A stretch of DNA of 64,000 bases. It comes from Raillietiella orientalis (lineage: Eukaryota). The notes under the pieces were generated by a model that saw only the letters and a program-made list of their open reading frames with translations, was not told the DNA's origin and searched no databases. A program made the translations under genes and the position numbers. This document shows, in pieces, positions 1 to 13,099 of the stretch; position 1 is the first letter of the stretch, and each line of letters starts with the position of its first letter. The stretch spans positions 2,232,001-2,296,000 of the forward strand of contig JAYWIR010000002.1 of NCBI GenBank assembly GCA_036172245.1, written 5' to 3'.

Positions 1-2307
1 GGGAACGTACAACAAACGGGCGCTCATGGGACCACGATTGGTGCTAATTCTCTTAATCAACCAGCCAGAACTCAGTACGAATAAGAGACATGCCTCAGGA
101 GATGACTGATGTTTACTCGTGGCTCACGCACGTGCTCTTCCGAGTGTTTCGCAGTGAACCGTTTCGCGTGTCTTCGTAAGAAGCTTTCGTAGAGGAAAGA
201 TCTGGATGGCGACAAAAATAGGCTGAGAGATGCGCCTCTGCGAGCCTAGGAAAGGGACGGAGGCTTCCTCAACTCACTTAAGACGAACAAGACTCACACA
301 ACGGACGCAATGGGAGTGACCGGTCCCCCAGGCAGTGGCTGTCTGCCTCATGAAACGCCGACGTTCCTGGCAAGGGCGGCAGCAAATCAAAGCGGCGCGC
401 ACCCTGCGTGCTCTGTCGTTGCGCGGGTGACAGCTCGACCGATTGATGCTTGCGGGGACCACTCAGGGAAATGGTCGGCGGGTGACTCCGTCGAGGGCAG
501 GCGGAGAGCCGGCGCCCATGCAAGACCGAGAGCTCGGGGAGGGGGAAAAGACCAACGGCTGCTGACCAGAAAAAGAAAGAAAGAAAGAAACTAGAGATGG
601 AGCGCGGGCGTTCTGTGGTGGATGGACTCCCCAGAAAGCGAGGACTCGGGAAAAGAAGGAATCCGCAAGCTCAGAATGCCCTCGCAGAGCCGTCTGGAAC
701 CCAGCCGTTTCGAAGAAACCTCTTACGATAGATGCGCAGGAGCAGTCCCGCTTCCCTACCACCTCAGGTGCCTCTGGATCAGCCACTGCTGCTGCTTTCT
801 TCCCGAGCACGCGTCCCCTCCTCTACCCAGTAAGGAATGCCGTTGGGGAGAGTGCTCGCTCGTAGCGTCTCCTCTCTGGGTGTCCCCCCAGGAGGGCGCT
901 TCCACCGGCTCAGCTCCCCAATCAGGAGCAGAGAGGCGTCCTCCCCCTCGGAGGAAGGATTTGGCGCCGTTGCCGTGTCGGGGATCCCTCGCATGCGAAG
1001 GTGAGGTTGGGAAGATGAGGCTAGACTGGCGGCACACCAGCAGAACATCCCTCCCTCCGACCACTGCCCAGGTCTCAGTCTTACGGGCACACGCTCACGT
1101 GTTCCTCCTTTCTCCTCTTCGAACCGGGAAGGCGCTCTCCCCCGTGCCTCGCCCTCTCCGGAAAAGGTCGGCGGGAGCTACTCCGCGATCTTGGGAGCTG
1201 ACCCCGGCTCCTCTGAGTGCCGGAGGGAGTCACCCATGCTGTCTCTGAAGCGGATCCCTCGCCTCGAGGCCCGCTCGGGTACCCTAGGTCGTGCTACGAT
1301 CTTGGGGCACGTGCATTCCGGATACGATTCGCCGCGCCGCACCGCGGGGGGTTCACCGGACGAGGCAGCGGACGGACGCTCGGGCGCCCCGTAGTCCCCC
1401 GGGTTGGCGCGTGCTCCCTGCTGACACTACCTCCGAGATTCTTTTCCTCCTTCTGGGAATCCCCGAGGGTTCATCCCCATCCTTCAGCCGTCGCGCACCA
1501 CCCGGGTGCCGGAGGCTCCTCAGACTGGAGAGTGATCGGCAGGGGATGCTGGTGTGCTGGTACTTTGTTTTATTCCCTCCGGAAGGGAGATGAAAGAGGG
1601 GCCGCGTTCTGGGCGTGTCTTTGCTGCTTCCGGAATCCCGGATGAAACCGAGTAGAACAAGCGGAAGGAAGGACCCCCTCCCTCCCCACGTCCCTTTCCT
1701 TTCCTTTGCTTCAGAGGAAACCCTGATGGCTGGAAGAAGAAGAGGGACCGACTCCTCACTCTTCCCTCCGGAGCGGAGGAGGAAGGGGTGGAGGGAAGGT
1801 CTTTCTGATCCTCGAGGAACTTTGAAGATCAGAGAAGCTCGGAGATGTTTCTTCCTAGCGGTCGAGGAGGGAGGGAAGGGAGGCTTCCGCGAGTAGGACC
1901 TACTCGTTCCAGGGTAAAGATTCCTCTAGGTCACCCCCTGAGGCGTTGACGACCTCCTTCCTGCATGGCGTTCTCTCGTGCTCGTCAAACCCCTCCCTCC
2001 TCCCTTCGATCCTGCGCCGAATTCAGTTGCTGCCGCCATTCCTCCTCGACTCCTCCCCCCTGATTCCACCACCCCAACCCCCGATCTTTCTCAATCTCCC
2101 TCCCACGTGCTCTCCCGGCGCCGCCAAGGACGAACGCCGCCGCCGCCGCCGGTGCCCCTGCTGTTGCCGGGGCGCCGAAGTGGCGAGAAGAGACGTTCGA
2201 GACCGAGGAACAGGGAGGAGGAGGAGAGGAAACTCCCTCTTTTGTCCGCTGCTCGGGAGGAGAGCGGCTCCCCACTCCGGAAGAGACGCCACGCCCCTTC
2301 GAGACGT

Positions 2308-2347
2308 GCGTCGTCGTCGTCGTCGTCGTGGTCGTCATCGTCGTCGT
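2308..2347. repeat. Imperfect (GTC)n trinucleotide microsatellite
   Basis: Directly visible: gcgtcgtcgtcgtcgtcgtcgtggtcgtcatcgtcgtcgtc, upstream of the transporter gene. Confidence 0.9.
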
Positions 2348-2666
2348 CTCTGCGGCGAGCCCCTCCGGCCGGCCGGCCGGCCGTCACCGCCCCTAACCCT
2401 TCCCCCTGACTCTCGGAGTGAGCTCGTCTCCCTCCCTCCCCCCTCTTCTCCCCCTTTTCGGACTACTGTGGATGCAGCTGCGCGACCAGCGCGCGAAGTG
2501 CCTCCCGCGGTCGTGGAGGGTCGAGCCCTACGTTCGCCCTCTCCTTCCCCGGACCCGCTCCTGGGGTCCCTGCTGTGGGTGCACGTGCCAGCGCCAGAGC
2601 CGGCGCCGAGGGAAGGGGGAGCTAGCTCTGTTTCAACTCGTGATCTCCGTGAAATCCCCCTTCAGG

Positions 2667-5261
2667 ATGGACAGAGAGCTGGACCCGGGAAATGACGCCG
2701 TGGTTTCCGGATCGCAGGTCGACCCGGGACGGACGAAGACCCCGCAGATCGACCCGGCGAGGGCGCTGCCACGAGGCGCAAGGAGGCAGTGGCGCCTCCC
2801 GGAGAGCGTGAAGCGCTTCTGGCCCCCCAAGCTTCGCCAGGAGGACAGCTTGCCGGAGCTCGTGGTACCCAGGGACTCCAAGAACTTCCCTCAGGTAAAG
2901 CGGCAACTGTGGAACGAAGAGAGCGGGATGCGCGGGCGCGACCACGGGAGGCGACGTGGCGGTGGCTTCCAGTCGGTCTCCAGACCTGCTAGACCGAGGC
3001 CGACCGACAACACCTAACGACGGCGGCTCCGGCAGCGCTGGAAACGCGTAGGAGTGGGCCATCAGCAATCACGTGGTCGCTTGGTGCCGGCGGCGTCTTG
3101 CAGCGGAAGGGCAACAATGGCGAGGTGGGAAGGGCGGCCTAGGAAGGTGCCTGAAAATCGCAAGTCAAGGACAACCGGAAGCACGAGGGCAACAATAACG
3201 ATCACAGGGAGCGCCAGATGGCTTCCTTCGGCAGTGCAGCGAAACAATGGGTAGGCATGCCTGCAGTGCCTCAAGAATCGATAGGGGTGAGGAGGTAAAC
3301 GGGAAACAATGGAATTGTGAGCGGGGAAGTGGAGCAAAAGACGACCGGAGGAGCGTGCGGCAAGAATACCCAAAGACGAGAGAGAGGGTCCGGGACGCTG
3401 GAGCCAGGACGGGGCTCCGAGGATCGCCCCGCTAGCTGGAAGGTACCGGTTACTTGCTAGTCCTCCTGTTCCCATTGGAGTGAGTTCCCCCGGGCACTCT
3501 GTTCTTCTCTCCTCGTGGGATCTGGAAGGAGAAGGGGGAGGGTGAAAAGTGGAAGGAGGATGGTGGCAACGGAAGAGGGAGGGCGGGGTGCACCTCCAGG
3601 GAGGCGGGATTCGAACTCAAGGTGAGAGACCAGGAGGTGAGCTCGCCTCCCGCCTGCTCGCCCGCGCACAAGGGCGGCAGCCATGGCGTTCTCTTCAGAG
3701 GAGGAAACCACGAGTGGTTCCCTTGCCAACCTCTTCTCCTTTATCACCCAGGTCGTGGCGACCATGGCGTTCTCGTGGATGTGCCTCAACGCTGGGATAG
3801 GCCTGTCCTTCGTGGCGCCTGCCATCCCTTCCTTCCTGAACCAGGACAGTCCCGTTCGGGTCAGCAGTGAGGACATCTCCTGGATAGCCAGCGTCGATGC
3901 CCTGGGCTGCATCCTTGGAGGCCTCTTATCCGGCCCGCTGATTGCAACTGGGAGAAGGTACCCTGGGAAATAGGGGGCGGATGAGAAGGGGCAGGGAGGG
4001 TGGGGGCGATAAGGCGGACGGAGGCGGGGAAGAGGGGAACGACGCCTGAGACACACTGAAACTGGCTGGAGCCTCTCCTCCTCTCTTCAGGAATGCCTAC
4101 CGGGTCCTCCTGGCACCAATCGCCCTGCACTGGGCGCTCATGGCGTTCGCAGCGAACATCTGGATGATCTACGCTTCCCGTTTCATCAGCGGCGTGTCCC
4201 TGGCGGCCCTCTTCAACGCCGTTTCGGTCTACGTCAGCGAGATCTCCTCCCAGCACATCCGCGGTCTCCTAGGGTCCCTGCCGGCGCTCTTCGTGAGCAG
4301 TGGCTTCGTGCTGTGCTTCATCGTCGGCAAGTACGCAGACTGGAGGTCCCTGGCGCTCTTCGGATTGGCGTCGGCATCTCCCTGCTTCCTCCTCGTCTTC
4401 CTGATCCCGGAAACGCCCCCCTACCTCGTGTCCGTCGGCCGGATGGAGGAAGCGCGGAGGTCCCTGCAGCTCCTGAGGGGCAAGGAAGCGGACATTACTC
4501 TGGAGATGGCGCAGCTCGGCGCCAGGGCTCCACAGGATCCCTCCGCCCTCCCGAGCCAGGAAGGAGCACCCTCCTCGACAAGAGGCATCGCCTTCTGGAG
4601 TCGCGCCACCCTGCGCCCCCTGTCCCTCGTCCTCTTCGTGTGCTTCCTCTTCCGCTTCTGCGGGATACGCAGCGTCCAGTCCTACGCGAGCTCCATCCTG
4701 GACAGGATCGGAACAAATATGGCACCCTCCACGGGAGTCATCGTCATCGGACTGGTCCAGGCGGGAGGCAATGTGGTGGCGGCGGTCCTCATGAACCGAA
4801 TGGGCAGGCGGCCCCTCCTCCTGACGTCCTGTTTCTTCATGCACCTGACCCTGATGGTCCTCGGGTTCCTGGTGAAGGACACGGCCGCTGCGGCCTCAAC
4901 CTTCTCCCGGGCGGGCGGAGGAAGCGGACCGGCCGAGTGGGCGTCTCTGGCTACGCTCGCCGTCTACATCATGGCGTTCGCTGTGGGCATGTCGCCCCTA
5001 AGCGGGCTGCTCATCGGAGAGCTCCTGCCGCTGGAGCACCGGAGCATCACAGCGTCTGTCTGCGGAGTCTTCAGCTGGTTCTGCGCCTTCGTGGTCACCT
5101 TGACCTTCCCTCTCATGGTGGACTGGCAGCCCCTGCAGCTCCACGGGACACTCTGGTTCTACAGCGCCATCTCAGGGCTGGGATTCGTCGTGGTCTACGT
5201 CTTCCTGCCGGAGACCAACGGCAAGACGCTGGACCAGATCCAAAGGAAGTTCCGCCGGTAG
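2667..5261 (+). CDS. MFS sugar-porter family transporter, facilitated trehalose transporter Tret1-like (about 534 aa). Exons 2667-2894, 3752-3957, 4091-5261
   Basis: Spliced translation keeps frame: ...SKNFPQ|VVATMAFSW...IATGR|RNAYRVLL...SRFISG...YVSEIS...IRGLLG...PETPPYL...NRMGRRPLL...GELLP...LPETNGKTLDQI*. GT-AG introns at 2895-3751 (phase 0, strong pyrimidine tract) and 3958-4090 (phase 2). Sugar-porter GRR and PET motifs and about 12 hydrophobic segments. Exon 1 is less certain; an alternative in-frame ATG lies at 3683. Confidence 0.92.
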
Positions 5262-5469
5262 GGTTCGCCTCCCTTCCCTCCGCACCCAGGAGGGAGGAAG
5301 TGCCCTCTCGAGGAGACCTCCTCGGAAAGCAAGGATGTCGGACCGAGGAGCCTGGTACCTCTCGTCAGAAAATATCCCTTCCTCGGTTCCCTTCTCCCCA
5401 GTAGGCGGTCTCCTGAAATGTGCCATGGGAAGGGGAGGGAGTTTTGCAGAGCCAGGAGGGAAGCGTCCT

Positions 5470-7000
5470 GGGCATGGGTGCAGGTAGGAGGGGTGAAGTC
5501 CTTGACTCGAGCGTCATCGGCTCCCCCTCCCCTCCTTCCCTCCTTTCTTGAACCTCCTGGCGTTACTGGACATCGAGGCAGTTCCGTCCACTCACTTTCG
5601 GGTGACACTTGCCCTCCTCTGTCATTATCGCGGGAGGGGAACAGGAGGAAAGATAGGAAGGAAGGACCAAGGTCTCTTCTGTAAGAAGGAAGAAATCCCT
5701 TGCACCCTATTGTCCACCCTGTCGGAAAAGCTCCTTTCCTTGGCGCGCTGTGGTCTCTCTCTCCTTCTGCCTGTCCTCCTTTCCTCTTTTCCCCTTTGTG
5801 TGCCCGACCCCTGCGGAATCGTTCGCCCCCGATCGATCTGGAGGTTTCTGGAGAGGAGTCCCAGCCCTGGTGCGAACCCGGAAAGGATCGAATGGTCACG
5901 CCTACTTCCAGCCAGAGAGCGTCACGGTCGTTGCTGGCCGGCCAAACGGATGGCAATAAAAGACTCGCCCCGTTCCCAAAGTGATCTGGAAGGATGGAGA
6001 GGAGATTGAGACGGAAGGGAGAAGTCGAGATGGACCCCGGTCACCCCGATGTGACCTGTGGCTCTCTCGCGTCTCAGGGTCCTTTTCCGGAGACCTGCGC
6101 TGGAGCTCGGCAGACACCCTCTTTCCTGCCTTCCAAGCTGGGGGCCATCGGACCACTCCCTTTTCGTGGGGGAGAGAAAGAGTGGGGAGGGGAAAACCAT
6201 AGTCTCGCGAGTTGCTCCCTCGACCCCCCTTAGGCAGCCGCTCCCTTCGCCCATCAAGCCTTCTCGTCATCGACCTTTCCTCCTCAATCGCCGTCTTGTT
6301 CATCCCGTATGGGACTCCCAGAGGAAAGCGTCACTTCTTCCTGTTACACCTGCTCCCTCTTTACGTCAGCGCCTTCCTCCTTGTTCCGGGAGCATAAAGG
6401 AAGCGGTGGTCGTCTGGCCGAGGCCGACGGAAGCGACACGAAGAGGGCGAGGCGCTGTGGGCAAGCAGCGGAGAGCAAAGACGGGACGCAGCGGCGGCCG
6501 TGGCGCGCCCAATCGCCCTCCGATTTCTGAGAGGTGAGAAGAAGACGTGGGCGCAGAGGAGAGAGCTGTCTTCGGTGGAGGTCGACATCTAGCTGCTTGT
6601 CCCCGCCTCTTTCCTCCGAGAGTCCCGGACGGAATGGCGCAAAGAACCGGCAGATCCTCCGCTCCCTTCCCTTCCAGAGTCGCCTTCTCATCAGCAGCAG
6701 CCTGGTAGATGCGGTCACCACGGGAACTCACTTGACCTAAGAATCGTCTCGCCCCTGCACCGAGACCTTAGCTCCGGTGGAAGCCCCCGACTCCGCGCCT
6801 GCTTCGTAGGAGGACCACGGCCAACATGGTGACGATCCTCTACGAGGCTGCCCCGGGATCGCTCTCGTGGATCGCACCCCGCTCCGTCGAAAGTCCAGGG
6901 GCTCTGCGAGTTTCCCAAATCCTGTCGTCCGTGGAACAGCTTTGGCGAGCTCTCGGGAGGGTGGGAACGACCGAAGGACGTCTACGGGTTCATGCCCCAA
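5470..7000 (+). mobile_element. Heavily decayed L1/Tx1-type LINE ORF2 (RT and downstream region) fragment
   Basis: Frame-shifted remnants in the expected order: VQVGGVKS, PPPLLPSFLEP (cf. PLSPLLF..LEP), LCHYRGRGTGGKIG (cf. Y..ASG.KIN), PFLG (cf. KYLG), SLLAG-KRMAIK (cf. LS..GR...IK), TLFPAFQAGG (cf. L..P...GG). Boundaries approximate. Confidence 0.55.
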
Positions 7001-7159
7001 AACGAGCAGAAGGAAGAGGGGGAGGAGAAGAAGGAAGGAAGCAAAAGGAGGTGGAAGGGAAGAAGGGAGGAGAAGGAGCAGGAAATGGCTTCTCTTCGCG
7101 AATGGAAAGAGAGGCCACCTACCCGGTATGGTGCCGAAAGGGAAAAGGGAGATTTTGCG

Positions 7160-7560
7160 CTCCTGAAGCACCGGAAGATCACCGCGTCCATCTGCAACGC
7201 CTTCAGCTGTCTCTGTGCCTTCGTGGTCCTCTTGACCTTCCTCCTCAGAGTAGACTGGCAACCCTTGCACCTCCACGGGACACTGGTTCAACAGCGCCAT
7301 CTCTGCGATGGGCTTCGTCGTGGTCTCTCGAAGGAAAGCTTTACAGAGCAGAGAAGGGAACGTTCCAGGAATGGGTGCAGGAGAAGGACCAAGTCCTGGA
7401 TTCGCGCTTGATGGGCTCCTCTTCCATTCTTTCTTTCTTCTGCCTTCCGGAGTTGGTGGACGCCGAGCGGTCCCGTCCACTCGCTTCCGAGTGACGCTCG
7501 CCTGCCCTCATCGCTTCCGCAGAAGGGGAACAGGCGGAAAGTGAGAAAGGAAGACTAGAG
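7160..7560 (+). pseudogene. Partial diverged duplicate of the Tret1-like 3' coding end plus downstream flank
   Basis: 7160-7326 translates LLKHRKITASICNAFSCLCAFVVLLTFLLRVDWQPLHLHGTL, against the gene's PLEHRSITASVCGVFSWFCAFVVTLTFPLMVDWQPLQLHGTL, with a 2-nt deletion just after (gacactggtt vs gacactctggtt). 7371-7560 matches 5475-5670. Confidence 0.85.
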
Positions 7561-8089
7561 AGGGGAAGAAGGTGAGATTCTTACTCTCTCTTGTGAGCCA
7601 AAGACGGGTTCATCGGAGAGGATTAGGCTTCAGTGGTCCGCCTCGCGCCTCCTCGCTCTCCGCGTGGCAGCTCTGCTATGGACGACCACTCGACACCTTC
7701 CCCCCCCTCCTCCTTCCCTTCCCAGGGTCCAGCAGCGTTTCATAGGGCCACCGAGAAACGAGATCGTCCTCGGAGAGCTTGGATTCGTGGAAGCACCGGA
7801 GGAGACGCGCGCCTCCTCTTACGTCACCAGCGAGACGCCGTTTCCTCATGCGGGGGCGTGCTTCCTGACATCAGCGCTCCGCTCAACCACCCGCAAGCAC
7901 GTGACCCGCGAGCGCGCGAGGACGAGCGGCGGCAGCCACCCCCTTCTCACCACTTCCTGAGCGGGTGGTTCGCCAGGTGCTGAAGAACTGCTCGCCTCCT
8001 CGGGAGGGGCCCACAAAGTAGGCCAGTATCTACGCTGCCAGAGGGGGATGAGTGTAACATCTCAAGTCAGGGGAAAACCCTAAAGGGAA

Positions 8090-8600
8090 CACCCTATGAA
8101 TCCAGGAAGGATCTGGAGGAAACGGTCCGTTCCTCTCACCCCTGGCAAGGAACCCTCGCCCTTCGAGGGACCCCCCAGAGGAAGTCTCTCCTGGTGTCTT
8201 CTCCGGAGGGCACCCTCAAGGGAACCGCTCCTCGTTTCCCGCAGAGCCCCGAAGAGACTCTTCCCAAATTTCTCCGAAGGGCTCTCCTTAACACTCTGGG
8301 GAGGTATCAACCAGCTCCATGCTACGAGGGAGAGACCAACCGGAGGGGAACCTCGAAGACTTCCTCGATTCCTGGAAGGACCCCGGAGGGTCGACGTCCA
8401 ATCCTGTCTGGTCAGCGGGATTCAACCAGTGCCGCACCCGAATAGGTCAAACCAGCGTCATCTTGCTGAGGGGACTCGGAAAACCTATGGAGCACCCCCG
8501 TTCTCGGCGTCGATCCTTCCCTCCCCGCGCGGGATTCGAACCCGCGACGCTCGAGGCCGCGCGTCGCGGAAGCCTCCGCAGACGCACGGGCGTCAACGCG
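8090..8600 (-). mobile_element. tRNA-headed SINE family copy C (diverged, no tail seen)
   Basis: Minus-strand B-box GGTTCGAATCCC (plus gggattcgaacc at 8531). Body gaatccaggaagg...gtccgttcctctcac...tctccggaggg matches copy B from about 23917, and 8300-8350 is the reverse complement of 15080-15135 in copy D. Confidence 0.75.
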
Positions 8601-9599
8601 AGCGGCAGAAGCAGATGGCGGGGATGAGCAGCTCCCTTGAGACACCCCTCCTCCTTGCGCCCGCATCAGCAGGATGGTTCCTTCCGGCACAGGAGATCCT
8701 GCCTCCCCCTTCCTCGTTCCCCTCCTCCCATGGCGGCTGAAAAATGTACCGCGCGCGGGCTGGAAATCCTCCGGCGAGGAAGGCGGTGTCGCATCTCAAC
8801 CCCTCAGCATTCGCCTCTTCTTTCGAGAGCATTCTTCCCCCTCTCACCCCTTCCGCCCCCGCTCCCATCGGATTGCCCACCACCCGAAGGACTCCTGGAA
8901 GGGCGGTGGCCTCGATGGATGAAGCAGCCGGTCCTCTCGTTCGTGTAGCTCCGAACGGGCCCTCCGGATGCAGCGCGCCTCACGGGGGAAGATTCGAATC
9001 TCCAAGCAGGCCAGCTCGGGGTGTAGGATAGTGCCAGGTCGGAGAGAAGAGGGAGTGAAAAAAGAGAAACCTGCGGTGCCCGCGGCGTCTCCTTGAGTGA
9101 CCCTCGAGAATTTTTCTTTCCCCCGCAATGGCAACGAACCTCCTCGCGGCGGGGGGTCCTCTAGCTTTAATCTGCCGCTGCCTCAGCTGATAGCCGCGGC
9201 GGTGAAATCAGGGAGGATTTACGTAACGCAGAAGAGGAAAGAGGAAGAGGAGTGGGGGGAGGAGAGAAAGCACTGACCCTCGGGTGGCGTAAGCAGCCTG
9301 TAAAGAGCTTTGGAAACCCCATCATGTAGCAGCATCGTCGAGTCTCCCTACGACGTTTCTCCCTGAGGGACACCCCCTGATGGGGCAGTCGGTCCTTCAG
9401 CCTGAAAGTCAAAAACGAAAAAGAAAAAGAAAACCCGAAACAACAACAAAAGGCCAGAAAGAAAGCAGAGAAACTGAGAAAGAGGAAGGAGAAAGATCGG
9501 AGGACCACCCTATCCGTCTCCAGCGACCCGAGCGCGGGAGGAGGAGGAGACCCTGGCCCCAAGCCCCCTGAATCTCCAAAGAGTAGGCATCCTCCGCAC

Positions 9600-10900
9600 A
9601 GAAAACCGCATGGTCCCCGAGGCACGCAATCAGAGAGCACGCGGTTCCTCGGGCATCGCAAGTTCCGGGTTCGACAGGGCTCCTCCGACGCTCTGTGAAA
9701 CCCTGCAGGGCTTCGGAACGGAAACGGGGCGCCCCGGTAAGCGCCATTCTGACGGGCCTCCGCGTCTGTTGTGCCCTTCTGTGAAAGATCCCTCGGCAGG
9801 CAGTGATGCGATCCGAGGAGACCGAAAGGGAGAGTTTCCCGAGGAACGCCTCCGGCTCACCGAGACCCTCCGGGCATTTTTCCCCTGTCCGCCAGACAAC
9901 GCCTCGCCCTGCTTTTCGCAACCCCTCAGGGCGCCTCCGACGACCTGCGTAACCCGGAACTCGCAGCTCCACCCACACGCGCAGTGCGGCAACCGGGGCG
10001 CCGCGGCCTGCCCAGCACTCCCGAGAGGGTTCAGCTGCTGGTTCGAATCCCGAAAGCTCCTGCACCGGAGCCTTGGGCCACCAGCGCTTCTCTGATGGGT
10101 CTTTTGTCTTAAAATCCCCTCTCTTTTTCCACCCACCGACCCCTTGCGCCTCTCGTCGTCTGTGCCCAGGGTGTCGAAGGCGGCTGCTCTGGCGCCCAGC
10201 AGCTACGGTGGGTTTCCAAGGGGAAGGTCTCGCTGGCGTAAGCCCGCTGAGACGAGGCAACAAAGGGACGGACGGGGAGGGTAGAAGGGATTCTTCCCCA
10301 TTAGTCCTTCCTGGGGTCGAGGGCGAACAAGTCAGTTGCGTCCCGACGCCTCACCAGCCCTTTCCGGACTCCAGGATTTGGAGAGCTCCCCCGAGGAAGA
10401 GCCGATGATCTCCTTACCCTGTCCGCGCGGACCCGTGCTACCCCTCATTTCCCTCCTCCAAGATGCCACCACGCTGCTTTTGCACCGGGGGAAGGGGTGG
10501 GAAGTGGGGTCAGAAGTCTCACCGGAGAACCCGTGAGGGTTCTTCCCCGGACTGTGCGCGCGGTATGACGGGACGGAGGACGATCCCGCTCAAGTGCGGT
10601 GCCCCTTCTTCCGGGCATCTCCCTTGACCCTGGCGTCGGCTTCTTTTCCCTAGGGGCTCTTCGCGGTCGCGGTGGGCGACGAAGGCGGAAAGCCAGCCAC
10701 TCACCATCACGCCGGAGGTCAGGGAAAGGGCGGGAGGTCACGCTCGGCAAGGTTGCGGCTGTCGTGGCTTGCCGGGCCAGTAAGTGACCAGACCTGATGC
10801 GGTCAAGGACGGGGAGGCACAACCCCAGGAGCGAAAGCGCCAGATCCTGCTGGGCATATCAATTTTTGATCGTGCTGACCTCTCTCCTGTCCTCTAGGGA
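9600..10900 (+). mobile_element. Possible decayed LINE ORF2 3' half
   Basis: Weak remnants: LQGFGTETGRPG (cf. L..F...SG..VN) and K*P....TGRHNPRSESARSCW (cf. zinc-knuckle CP.C..ET..H...C..AR..W). Very degenerate. Confidence 0.35.
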
Positions 10901-13099
10901 TCTCTCCACCAGTCATATCTTCTCCGCTTCTTCCTTTCTCCATCGGCTCCTTCGGCAGGCCCCTGAGTGGATGCTTCCCTGCCCGGATCCGTTCCAGGAA
11001 GGATCCCGTCCCTCTCACACTGCCCATTCGCCGCCTGCAGCGAAAGGCAGTCCCTTGCAAGCGGTCCTACCGGGGGGCAGGATATCGGAAAAGAAGGTGT
11101 TGAGCTCCCTCCGGAGGGGCGGCCGTGCCGTTTGTGAGGTGCGCGCATCCCTCTGGTCGCCACGCTTCCAGCTTTCGAAACCGTGGGGAACCGTGGAGGC
11201 GGCCCTGCTTCCGAACGTGGGTTGCTCCCTCATGGCCTCCCGTCTTCCCCCCACCCCGTCCTGGAGCCCTCCCTCACCAGCCCGCGCGTCCCCAGCGAAA
11301 AGCCCACGCAGCGCCGGGGCGGAGATCGGAGCGAGCCGTGCCGCGACCCACTCTTATAGTCGCCCTCGTCCGGCTTCAAAGTACCACTTGCCCGAGGGCG
11401 CCGCGTGCTCCTCAGGCTACTGACTCCTTCCCGAGCTTTGTTGGCTAGACAGGAGTGACGTCACCTTTGACGTCATTCTCCCGAGACGCACGCGTTTCTA
11501 GATTTTTCTTTTTTCTTCCTCCCTCGTTCCTCTCTTCCTTTTCTTTTTTTGCTGTTGTTGTTGCCTCCTGGCTTCGGCAAGAAATTGCGTGTGGTAGGGG
11601 AGGGAAGGAGAGGAAGGGGGGGAAGAAACGGGATGGACGCCAAGGATACGTTCGTCCGATGATCGTTTGGTGTTTCTCTGGACTCGGCTCCGCCTCGGAA
11701 ACCAGTATCTCCTTGAATGCCGCTCGGACGCATGCACTCCTCGCCTCTTCGACACCCTGCGGCTTTCGGCCGGTGCACGAGCACGGAGGTGCACCTGCGA
11801 AATGCGACATGCCGCTTCTCCGCGTTTTCCCTGGCAGGGAAAGAAAAAGAAAGAAAGAAGAACACAACCCTGCAATTGCTGGCTTTCAGATCTCCTCCTC
11901 CTCCCTTCCACCTTAGCAACGGTCGCTCGTGAATCCCCTGCTTGCGTGGTTTTGGATACGCCGCCGCACGTCGGGAGAGAGCCATCCAGAGAGGAACCAT
12001 GCGCGTCCTCGCAGCGGAACGAACGCGGGCCGTCTCCTGGGTGCGGGCGACCCTGGAGCTCGCGCTCGCAACAGCCCAGAGACCCGCAGGCAGATCGGCT
12101 CTGGGCGTCTGCACGAAGAATGGGCAAAGTCGCTTCGACCTGTCGCCGTCCAGCGCACCTCCTCCTCCTCGAGTCGCGGAAAGTGTCGTGGTGCGAAAAC
12201 GCTCCAGGGAGGGTGTCTTCGCTGCGGAAGATCGACCGAAGGTGGTCGCGGAGCGTTCACTGCTCTCGCGCGCTTCGGTGGAGGAACTGCCAAGCCGTCT
12301 TGGGCGAGCGACGTCTCGTGAGGAAAAGGGAGAGGGGGGAGACGGTAGCCGCAGAGAGAAGGGCACCGCCTCTGGAAAGAGGCGATGCGATCTTCACGTG
12401 ACCTTCGTGGCCTGTAGCTGCTGTTTTTGCTGTCGTTTCCTCGTCATTGAGACGACGGAGGGTCGGCCGAGCGTTTACGGAGGATCGAGAGTGAAAGTTT
12501 TCGAAATCGATGCTCCCCCTCCCCTCTTCTCCTCCCGCCGAGAGCAGCGGCCGGTGTCCAGACGGGTAGCCTTCCTCTTCAGAGGAAAACGAAAAAAAAA
12601 TAAAAAAAAAAACATATTTTCCTCTGAGGACGCATCTTTCAACCCCCAGTAGGATCCGGCGGTTTTTCGGCAAAGGGCAGATCCGAGGCTTCGGCTCAGC
12701 AGCAGGCAGGCGGGATCGCGGGAGGAGTTCCTTCTGGAATCGCTGCGGCTGGAGAGCGGCGGCCACCCGGTGCGAGCTAGAGAGCTGGGGGGCCGGTGCG
12801 CGGAACGGATGACGGATGCGCCTCTCTCCTCCTCCCAAACGCACACGCCACGTCACGCCGCTGCTGCGTCTTTGAGGACCGGGCAACGGAAGGAACTGAA
12901 TGAAAGAAGAGAATAAAACGAGAGAGAGAAAGAATCATTCTGAGATCCGGGTCACAGCATCACTCTGTGCGACCTGGGGAGCATGAGCAAATCTTGAAAT
13001 CATGACTCCAAGATGGCTGACCATCACGCTTTGTCTGCTTCTTAATTGTTGTTCCAATGGATGGATAAAAAAAAAAAGGGAAGGAACGGACTGCAGTCG

